A stretch of 64,000 bases of DNA, taken from NCBI GenBank assembly GCA_964571215.1, contig CAZMZZ010000002.1:302-64301 (forward strand), written 5' to 3'. Below the pieces are notes generated by a model. That model had not been told where the DNA came from and ran no database searches. It worked only from the letters and a program-made list of their open reading frames with translations. This DNA comes from an uncultured Gammaproteobacteria bacterium (GTDB lineage Bacteria > Pseudomonadota > Gammaproteobacteria > Magnimaribacterales > Magnimaribacteraceae). A program made the translations under genes and the position numbers. Each line of letters begins with the position of its first letter. The first letter of the stretch is position 1. Shown here piece after piece: positions 49,726-57,259 of the stretch.

Positions 49726-51165
49726 TTAAATCCCTAAAGCTTTCTTCTTCAGTTCTAGGGCTACGACTCTTTCTTCTTCACCTTCTGTGTATGCAATCCA
49801 TTTTCTTGCTGAGTCTTGAATCTTCTTCTTCTTCTTTTTCTCTTTTTCTTTTTTATCGCTAAAAGTTCTCTCAGCAACATCTATACATCTTCTAAAGGAA
49901 GTTATGGCTTCCTCCCATTTTTGATACTCAAACTGAATCTGTCCTAAGAGCATATAAGCGCTTGACTCATCTTTAAGCTTTCCTTTCTTTATACCTTCTC
50001 TAATTGCAAACTCAGCTTCTTTATATTCATCTAGTCCAAAATGCACCTGTCCCAAGAAAACAAATAACTCTCCCTCTTCAGATAATGCAGCTGCTTTCTT
50101 ATAAGCTGGTTTGGCTTTCTTTAGTTCTTTTGCAGCATGCCAATATTGACCTAGGGCTTTTAAGGTTTTCTCTTTTTCTTTTATAACTCCTTGAGAAAAT
50201 CCATCTTCCATCACCCTGGCTGCCTTGTATGGATTCTGATGCATCATAAGGAGTTGTGCTAAAGCTAGAAACTCTCTTTCTTTATCTAGCAATTCGTCAT
50301 CATAAGCAGCTTCAAGAGCTCCCATTTGGTCTAGTTGTCTGTCTCTTGAGCCATATAGGCCTGATAGCTGAACCCAATACCTCTTTTTAGGGTAATGTTG
50401 AACAAGAATTTCATATATAGGCAAAACATCAAGTTTCTGTTTCAGTTCCTGAAAGACTGCCATCTTCAATAAGTAATGATTTTCTCTTGCCACTCCTTTT
50501 TTTGTAACCCCCGTCTCTTCTCCATTCTCATCTAGAACTGGGACATCTCTGCTTTCTTGCATTTCAATTGCTAATTCAATATTTTCCTTAGCATTTCTAA
50601 ACTCTTTGAGCTGGTAATAAGTTGTTGCTAGCAACGCATAAGCATCCGAGCTTGGATCGTCTTCATTCTCTAACCAAAGATACAGATATTTTATAGCCCC
50701 TCTATAATCTCCTTTGAGATAAGCAAGTTGAGAAAGAGAATAAATAGCATTATTTTGTTGTCGGTAATCTGCATCTGGTGCATTGATAAGATTGTTGTAA
50801 GCTCTTATAGCTTGGTCGTACTTTTCTTGAGAAAAGAAGATATAACCATAGTAATACCACATGGTTGCTCTGTCAGTATTTGTAAATTTCTCTCCTTCCT
50901 CTATTGTAGATAATAAAACTAGGGCCTCACTCCACATCTCTCCTTCTAGTAAAGGTTGAAGTTGTTGAAAGAGTTTTTGTGCTTTCTTGCTAGGCATTTT
51001 TGATCTCTTTCGTTTCTTCTTCTTTTTCTTGTCATCATCTGCTGCTTCTAGTGAAGCTCCTGTATAGTTTAAAGGGGAAACATTGGATGCTACTGGTAAA
51101 AAGCCTACCAAAGAGATGACTAATAGGTATTTGATAATATTTTTATTCAAAATTATTTTTTTCAT
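49726..51165 (-). CDS. secreted TPR-repeat protein, last gene of the TonB2-type cluster (TtpD-like)
   Basis: Signal peptide, multiple TPR-like repeats, and two Lys-rich tracts. The start overlaps the tonB stop as TAATG. Confidence 0.7.
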   Translation of the reverse strand: MKKIILNKNIIKYLLVISLVGFLPVASNVSPLNYTGASLEAADDDKKKKKKRKRSKMPSKKAQKLFQQLQPLLEGEMWSEALVLLSTIEEGEKFTNTDRATMWYYYGYIFFSQEKYDQAIRAYNNLINAPDADYRQQNNAIYSLSQLAYLKGDYRGAIKYLYLWLENEDDPSSDAYALLATTYYQLKEFRNAKENIELAIEMQESRDVPVLDENGEETGVTKKGVARENHYLLKMAVFQELKQKLDVLPIYEILVQHYPKKRYWVQLSGLYGSRDRQLDQMGALEAAYDDELLDKEREFLALAQLLMMHQNPYKAARVMEDGFSQGVIKEKEKTLKALGQYWHAAKELKKAKPAYKKAAALSEEGELFVFLGQVHFGLDEYKEAEFAIREGIKKGKLKDESSAYMLLGQIQFEYQKWEEAITSFRRCIDVAERTFSDKKEKEKKKKKKIQDSARKWIAYTEGEEERVVALELKKKALGI

Positions 51166-51803
51166 TAATCACACCCCTCAGGAACATAATCCGGTCCTTT
51201 GCTTGCATCCTCTATTATAAAGGTTACTTGGTTTAAAACACCCGGCACTTCTACTGCCTGCCCATCTCTAATTTGAGGTTTATATTTAAACTTTAAAGCT
51301 GAGCGCATTGCAGCTCTATCAAATATCCCGCTTGGCTGAGACCAGAGTACTTCAGGGTCTCTTACAGAGCCTACCTTTGTTACAGTAAATTCTAATAAAA
51401 CGCACCCCTCTATTCCCCTTTCTTGAGCTCTTCTTGGATAAATGGGAGGTATTTTAAAAATTGGAACATAAGACCCATCAGCAAAAACACCACTTCTTCT
51501 GCCCTTTATATCAAATTTTGGCCTTGGTGCAGCATTATCAAGGTCGGTTGGTGGGGTCATATCAAACTCAGGTGGAAGGGTATCTGGAGGAGGTTCTTCT
51601 TCATCTGGCCTTTCTAAATCTTGTAATAATTCAAGATCCCTTTCTGGCATAGTAACATCAGCAATACGAATACCTTTGTCACCAATAGAAACTTCATCAA
51701 CCGCTATTAAAATCTGCATCAAAACAAACAGAACTAATGTAGCAGCTAAAGCCGCCCCTAATGAGCTTCCTAGTTTTCTAAAGTCCTGTTGAAAAAACTC
51801 CAT
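51165..51803 (-). CDS. tonB: energy transducer TonB
   Basis: N-terminal TM helix and a Pro/Glu-rich spacer (EEEPPPDTLPPEFDMTPP). C-terminal domain YPRRAQERGIEGCVLLEFTV. Confidence 0.85.
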   Translation of the reverse strand: MEFFQQDFRKLGSSLGAALAATLVLFVLMQILIAVDEVSIGDKGIRIADVTMPERDLELLQDLERPDEEEPPPDTLPPEFDMTPPTDLDNAAPRPKFDIKGRRSGVFADGSYVPIFKIPPIYPRRAQERGIEGCVLLEFTVTKVGSVRDPEVLWSQPSGIFDRAAMRSALKFKYKPQIRDGQAVEVPGVLNQVTFIIEDASKGPDYVPEGCD

Positions 51804-51805
51804 AC

Positions 51806-52216
51806 CTAAAACTTTGGTTCAGATGCTAACGATATAGCATAAACTCCTGCATCTCGAGATTGATCCATAACTTTTATAATAGCATCTGCACTTGCCTGCT
51901 CATCGGCCTGAATAACAACCGAACCCTGAGGGTTGTCAGCTAAAAGTTTAGTAACATTTGCTTTTACTTGCCTAACATCAACCCTTCTTCCATCTATCCA
52001 TATATCATCATTATTTCCAATAGCTATCAAAATTGCTGCATTTTCTTGAATAGTAGAGGTCTCTGCATCTGGCCTGTTAACCTCCAAACCTGGTTCTTTA
52101 ATAAAGTTTGCTGTAACAATAAAAAATATCAAAAGAATGAAAACAACATCTAACATAGGTGTTAAATTTAGCTCTTCTTCTTCTGCTACAGCCTGACTTA
52201 TAGGTGATCTTCTCAT
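51806..52216 (-). CDS. exbD: biopolymer transport protein ExbD
   Basis: LNLTPMLDVVFILLIFFIV and a periplasmic domain. Length is 136 aa. Confidence 0.9.
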   Translation of the reverse strand: MRRSPISQAVAEEEELNLTPMLDVVFILLIFFIVTANFIKEPGLEVNRPDAETSTIQENAAILIAIGNNDDIWIDGRRVDVRQVKANVTKLLADNPQGSVVIQADEQASADAIIKVMDQSRDAGVYAISLASEPKF

Positions 52217-52229
52217 AATTTCTTACCTC

Positions 52230-52754
52230 TTATTGTATAGCCAATTTTTCATACAGCATATCTGATTCTCTCTGGGTTACATTCTTTATATATTGTTGAG
52301 CAAAATTACCAATTAAAGCAACGGCAAGTCCTGCCATTGGAGGAATAATCGCTTTCGAAACACCCCCCGCCATAGCCTTTGCATCACCCCCACCAGTAAC
52401 TGCTAATAAGTAAAAAACCTCTATCATCCCTGTAATAGTTCCAAATAAACCAAACAAAGGTGCAACTACAACGCACACTTTCATCAAATCTACGTTTTTG
52501 TTAATTTTGAGAGTAGCCTCAGAAATCATCATCTCCCTTACTGCCAAGGAGCTAAAAGAAGTTTTTTCTTTTCTTACTTCCCAAGTATCAACTATGGATT
52601 TTATAACTGACTTGTGCTCAAACCTCAGATACCAAATCTTTTCAAACATCAAGAAAGTTATAACCACGCCTAAAAGAAAGATTAGATATAGAACATCTCC
52701 CCCTCTTTGAAAAAACTGAAAAAGGGAATCAGAGAGATCGTAAAAGAAATACAT
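52230..52754 (-). CDS. exbB: MotA/TolQ/ExbB proton channel protein (short ExbB)
   Basis: 174 aa with PLFGLFGTITGMIEVF. Confidence 0.85.
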   Translation of the reverse strand: MYFFYDLSDSLFQFFQRGGDVLYLIFLLGVVITFLMFEKIWYLRFEHKSVIKSIVDTWEVRKEKTSFSSLAVREMMISEATLKINKNVDLMKVCVVVAPLFGLFGTITGMIEVFYLLAVTGGGDAKAMAGGVSKAIIPPMAGLAVALIGNFAQQYIKNVTQRESDMLYEKLAIQ

Positions 52755-52772
52755 GATTCTAAAACTTTTTTA

Positions 52773-54170
52773 TTACTTACCTTCTGCTCTTTCTGCTGCC
52801 ATTCCTGTGCTTTGTTCTTCTATAGTTCCTAAAATCCCTTTAGATATATTATGAACAATCGCGTACATAAAAGTTAAAGGAATGGCTACCATAAGACCTA
52901 ACCAAGTAGTTGAGAGAGCTATAGAAATACCACTTGCCATGGTCTTAGGATCGCCTGTTCCGAATAAAGTGATCATACTAAAAGTCTCTATCATACCTAC
53001 TATCGTTCCAAACAAGCCCCCTAGTGGTGCTACAACAGAGATAAGTTTGATAAGCCAGTTTAACCCTTCTATAGGCGGTCGCTCTGCCAGTATTTGTTCG
53101 GCCATTTTTAGTTCTAAAGTTTCTGTATCAGCCTTAGGGTTGTCTTGAGCTATCTTTAAAACCCTACCTAGAGGATTGTCTTCCGTGATTGTGGAAGATG
53201 CAATTTGAGATGTTACACCAGCTCTAACTGACATTAATGACTGGATTCTCATTACAAAAAGACCAACTCCACCTAAACCTACAATAATAATTATATAGCC
53301 AATAATTCCGCCATTTTGTACTCTTCCAAAAAATCCAGGCATGGAAATCAAGTTAGCTAAATAAGAACCCCCTTGAGGTCCCGTAGGGTCAATAGCAAAC
53401 TGAACTGGGAATGCTTCTTCATCAAACACCTCTGAAGTAGTAGAAGTATACCTTCCTGCTGGTTGAGCAGGTAACTCCTCGTACATTCCTCTGCTAGCGG
53501 CATAAGCTAAGTATTGTCCATCTGTAACCGCGTTAAAGTTTCCTACCCTGACTACCTCTGTTTCTTTAACAGTACCATCTGTTGCAATTACATCAGATGT
53601 AAACCTTACTACCTCTCCTGATGCATTAATTTCTCTCTGCAACTCAAACCAGAGTCTCTCTAATTCAGAAATGCTTGGAAGTCTTATTCCCTCTCCCATC
53701 TTAACTGCAACATCTGTCAGAAATTTCTCTCTGTCTTTTCCAAACTGGGCAGCTGTTATAGATTGCTCAAAAATACCTCTTGCCTCTGTAGCAGTTCCTG
53801 CAAGATGACCAAATATTTCCGTTAAAGATCCAAGTCTTTCCCTAAGCTGTTCTTCGGCAACTACTAAGAGAGCTTCATTAGCTTCAAAAGTTTTTTCAAG
53901 TTGTGCTGCTATTCTTTCTAGTCTAGCTCTGGTAGCCTTAGCGTTTGCTAATAAAGTGGTCTGCTTACTTTTTTCTGCATTAAAGCGAGCCTCTCTGTTT
54001 CTCTGTTCTTTACTATCAGCAAACTGTCCTTGTCTTACAATTTCTAATAATTCTTGAGGATTTGAAGGCCCTTTTATTTCTTCTTCTATTACTTCTTCTT
54101 CTGCAACTAAAACGAAAGATGAAGAAGTTAGAATGAAAAATACAAATAATAAATTTTTTAATTTATTCAT
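52773..54170 (-). CDS. large MotA/TolQ/ExbB-family protein with periplasmic coiled-coil domain (TtpC-like)
   Basis: Signal peptide, a long coiled-coil N-terminal region, and a C-terminal channel motif PLGGLFGTIVGMIETF. Confidence 0.8.
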   Translation of the reverse strand: MNKLKNLLFVFFILTSSSFVLVAEEEVIEEEIKGPSNPQELLEIVRQGQFADSKEQRNREARFNAEKSKQTTLLANAKATRARLERIAAQLEKTFEANEALLVVAEEQLRERLGSLTEIFGHLAGTATEARGIFEQSITAAQFGKDREKFLTDVAVKMGEGIRLPSISELERLWFELQREINASGEVVRFTSDVIATDGTVKETEVVRVGNFNAVTDGQYLAYAASRGMYEELPAQPAGRYTSTTSEVFDEEAFPVQFAIDPTGPQGGSYLANLISMPGFFGRVQNGGIIGYIIIIVGLGGVGLFVMRIQSLMSVRAGVTSQIASSTITEDNPLGRVLKIAQDNPKADTETLELKMAEQILAERPPIEGLNWLIKLISVVAPLGGLFGTIVGMIETFSMITLFGTGDPKTMASGISIALSTTWLGLMVAIPLTFMYAIVHNISKGILGTIEEQSTGMAAERAEGK

Positions 54171-54934
54171 TCTGGTACCTCCGCATTTTGCACTGGCACT
54201 TCAATCATATCCACAGTAGCTAATTTATTAGCAATTCTGAGGCCCAGTCTGGCTGGGTTTCGGTAACTACCCTCCAGCTCTTCCCATTGCCTTTGTTTAT
54301 TGTTCCAAGCCCCTGTTTCATCAGCATCAGATGTTTGATAAAGAAGAGCTAACCTTCCAACCCTAAGAATATTTACCTCTCTAGGCTGACCATTTATATC
54401 AATAGTGTCTTTGTATGTATCAATTTTTCTGCCATATTCAGCCTCCACTTCATAGGCCTCTAAAACTTGACGTAAACCCTCTGCAGGTGAAACAGTAGGA
54501 TTGTCTATTGCAGCTTTAGCAAAAGCAATTCTTTCTCTTCTTTCTCCCATGTGGAAGGGCAAATCTAATTCTATTGATGTTTCAAGCCCTGCAAGCATCC
54601 TTCTGGTAAAGGGTGGAATCTGCCTTTGCATAATTCTTGCTTCTTTCATTGTCTTGTCTATTTCTTTTAGCCTGGCTTCTTGAGCTTCTATCTGTTTTGT
54701 AAGTTGAGCGTTATAGACGCGTAAACCCTCTATTTGCTTACTTACTGTTTTAAACTCGTTTACTATCAATGATGTGTCATCGTCAGCTTGATCTATTTTA
54801 GACTGAGACTTTTCTTCTGCTTTTTGTCTGTCTGAGCCAACATCCAAAAGAGGCTGAATTTGATCAGCAACTATGAAAGACGAGTTAAGTAAAATTGTTG
54901 CCAGTAATGCTGGCAAAATATAAAGATGCTTCAT
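54167..54934 (-). CDS. DUF3450-like periplasmic coiled-coil protein (TtpB-like)
   Basis: Signal peptide MKHLYILPALLATILL plus coiled coil. I moved the start from the track TTG (54949) to the ATG at 54934, which has GGGAG 8 nt upstream. Confidence 0.65.
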   Translation of the reverse strand: MKHLYILPALLATILLNSSFIVADQIQPLLDVGSDRQKAEEKSQSKIDQADDDTSLIVNEFKTVSKQIEGLRVYNAQLTKQIEAQEARLKEIDKTMKEARIMQRQIPPFTRRMLAGLETSIELDLPFHMGERRERIAFAKAAIDNPTVSPAEGLRQVLEAYEVEAEYGRKIDTYKDTIDINGQPREVNILRVGRLALLYQTSDADETGAWNNKQRQWEELEGSYRNPARLGLRIANKLATVDMIEVPVQNAEVPE

Positions 54935-54988
54935 TAAAGTATCTCCCAATATTTCTAATATTTCCTTATTCTAAATTCTAAGCCAATT

Positions 54989-55006
54989 GAATCAATGATA
55001 TGATTC
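54989..55006. promoter_or_regulatory. palindromic operator candidate GAATCA-ATGATA-TGATTC (Fur-box-like)
   Basis: Perfect 6-bp arms around AATGATA, in the divergent region between the TonB2-type operon and the DUF1295-psd gene. It only partly matches the GATAATGATAATCATTATC consensus. Confidence 0.3.
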
Positions 55007-55088
55007 TAAAAGACCAAGAATATGAGTCCTCCCCATACGGGCGGACAGACTATAGAGGGAATTTTTTAACAACGCAACGGGTTTTTTC

Positions 55089-56663
55089 ATGTCTTTAAGT
55101 GAATTTTTTATAATAATTCTTCTAGTTAATACACTCTTTCTCTCGTGTGTGTGGTTATTAAAAGAAAAAAAAGATTCTCTAACTAAAGATTTTTTCTATA
55201 AGGGCTGTTCTATTGTCTTACTAGCTTGGTCCTCTTTTGTCTTTGTATTTTACTTTAATAATCAAGAAATAGTGTTAAGACAATGGCTTACAGCGCTTCT
55301 TCTAACTATTATTGGAATGAGACTGGCTCTAACAAAAACATTAATTCCTAAGAAAGAGAAAGAATTAGCTGGAAACTATCCTTATATCAAGGAAGTGCTG
55401 GGTTTAAGTTTACTACTAACTTGTTTTGTTTCCTCAACTTTTTCCATCAATTACTTGCCAGGCTCTGATAGGTTCACTTTGCTAGACTTCCTGGGGTTGG
55501 TTATTTTTATATTTGGTTTTGCTTTAGAGAACAAATCTCAGAAAGAGTTGGAAAGTTTCAATTCTCTAAAAAAGAGCTCTTTAGATCTTTTAAATAAAGG
55601 GTTGTGGGCATTTAGTAGACACCCAAATTACTTGGGAAATTTAATTCAATGGTGGTCAATCTACTTCATTGCTCTAAATGCAGTTGGAGGTTATTGGAGC
55701 ATATTTGGACCTATAATTTTAACCTTTTGCATTAATTCGTTTATTAATTTAAAAGAAGCTCAATTAACTAAAAAAATAAGTCATTACGAAGAATACAAAA
55801 GAACAACAAATAAGTTTGCTCCTGATCTATTGGTTTTAATGCAGTTTTTTCTACCAAAAAGTATTATAAATTCTCTTTTTGGATTTCTAACTGCTTCAAA
55901 AAAATCCATTTTTAAAACCCCATTAATAAGATTATTTTCCTTTTTTTACAAACCAGATATGTCTGATTCTGATTTAACAATACCCTCTGAATATTCAAGT
56001 TTTAATCATTTCTTTACACGTAAATTAAAACCGGGATCAAGACAAATAGATACAAACCCTAATAGTATAATTTCTCCAGTAGACGGAAAAGTAAAAGACT
56101 TCGGATACCTTTGTAAGAATCAACTACTTCAGGCAAAAAAATTTAGCTATAGTCTTGGAGGTTTGTTAAAAGATGAAAAGGTTGCAAAAAGGTTCGAGGG
56201 TGGTTTTTTCTCTTCTATTTATCTTGCTCCTGAAAACCATCACAGGATCTATTTCCCACAAGAAGCATCAATTGTTAAAACTAACTATATTAGAGGGTCT
56301 TTGTTTGGAGTTAATGACAACTCTCAAAATACTATTCCAAAGCTTTATAATAGAAATGAAAGAGCCTGGGTTCTTCTAGAAGCCTCAAAATTTGAATATT
56401 TGGTGGTTTGTGTCGGCGCTTTGTTAGTAGGACGCATAATTCCATATTGGATAAGGTCAGAAGAAATGAAAAAAAATAAAATTTTAAGTGTGTGGAAGAA
56501 AGGACCTCAAGAAAGTAGTAAAGTAGTAAAGGGTCAAGAGTTAGGTTTTTTTGAGATGGGATCTACGGTTATTTTAATTTTCTCTAAAGATCTTAATTTA
56601 AATAATCATTTTTTGTCTGAAAATAAGTCTGTAAAATTTGGTGAAACTTTATTAACAATTTAA
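55089..56663 (+). CDS. psd: fusion protein: N-terminal DUF1295 membrane domain + C-terminal phosphatidylserine decarboxylase proenzyme
   Basis: Residues ~1-245 carry GLWAFSRHPNYLGNLIQWW. Residues ~251-524 carry FNHFFTRKLKPGSRQID, SPVDGKV and FEMGSTVIL, the G-S self-cleavage site. The frame is uninterrupted. Confidence 0.85.
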   Translation: MSLSEFFIIILLVNTLFLSCVWLLKEKKDSLTKDFFYKGCSIVLLAWSSFVFVFYFNNQEIVLRQWLTALLLTIIGMRLALTKTLIPKKEKELAGNYPYIKEVLGLSLLLTCFVSSTFSINYLPGSDRFTLLDFLGLVIFIFGFALENKSQKELESFNSLKKSSLDLLNKGLWAFSRHPNYLGNLIQWWSIYFIALNAVGGYWSIFGPIILTFCINSFINLKEAQLTKKISHYEEYKRTTNKFAPDLLVLMQFFLPKSIINSLFGFLTASKKSIFKTPLIRLFSFFYKPDMSDSDLTIPSEYSSFNHFFTRKLKPGSRQIDTNPNSIISPVDGKVKDFGYLCKNQLLQAKKFSYSLGGLLKDEKVAKRFEGGFFSSIYLAPENHHRIYFPQEASIVKTNYIRGSLFGVNDNSQNTIPKLYNRNERAWVLLEASKFEYLVVCVGALLVGRIIPYWIRSEEMKKNKILSVWKKGPQESSKVVKGQELGFFEMGSTVILIFSKDLNLNNHFLSENKSVKFGETLLTI

Positions 56664-56689
56664 GATAAATTTATATCAAAGGTTCAATT

Positions 56690-57253
56690 TTGGTTTCTTA
56701 CTCTACTAGTGATTTTAAAACAGGGCTTAAGGTTATCATTGAAAATGAACCTTGCGAAATTATAGAAGAAGAGTTTGTAAAACCTGGTAAAGGTCAAGCT
56801 TTTAACAAAATTAAATTTAGAAATTTACTAACCGGAAGAGTTGGAGATAAAACCTGTAAGGTTGGTGAACATCTTGATGCTGCTGAAGTTAGGGAAGTTG
56901 ATATGCAGTTTTCTTACTCTGATGGTACTGATTGGTATTTTCTAGACCAAACAACATATGATCAGGTCTCAGTTTCAGAAAAGAAAATTGGTTCTAGTAA
57001 AAATTGGTTAACTGACCAAGAAATATGTAAAGTTTTATTCTGGAATGAATCTCCTGTTTCAATTAAACCACCAAACTTTGTTAACCTTCAAGTTGTTGAA
57101 ACAGACCCGGGAGTTAAGGGTGATACAGTCTCTGGGGGAACCAAACTGGCCAAATTATCCACAGGTGCTGTTATCAAAGTACCATTGTTTGTGTCTGAGA
57201 GAGATATAGTTAAAGTTGACACAAGAAACGGGGAATACCAGGGAAGGAAATAA
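56690..57253 (+). CDS. efp: elongation factor P
   Basis: ..SDFKTGLKVIIENEP..VKPGKGQAF.. with Lys at the modification site. Alignment with E. coli EF-P supports the TTG start. Confidence 0.95.
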   Translation: MVSYSTSDFKTGLKVIIENEPCEIIEEEFVKPGKGQAFNKIKFRNLLTGRVGDKTCKVGEHLDAAEVREVDMQFSYSDGTDWYFLDQTTYDQVSVSEKKIGSSKNWLTDQEICKVLFWNESPVSIKPPNFVNLQVVETDPGVKGDTVSGGTKLAKLSTGAVIKVPLFVSERDIVKVDTRNGEYQGRK

Positions 57254-57259
57254 TTTTAA

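Noticed and set aside
55021-55088. A locally GC-rich stretch with two G-run/T-run motifs (GAGGGAATTTTTT, ACGGGTTTTTT) upstream of the psd fusion gene. I considered it as a terminator, attenuator or sRNA.
   Set aside because: I could only draw short stems (3+3 bp with a mismatch, or 4 bp with a 20-nt loop). No stable hairpin immediately precedes either T-run, and there are no 4.5S/SRP-like conserved motifs.
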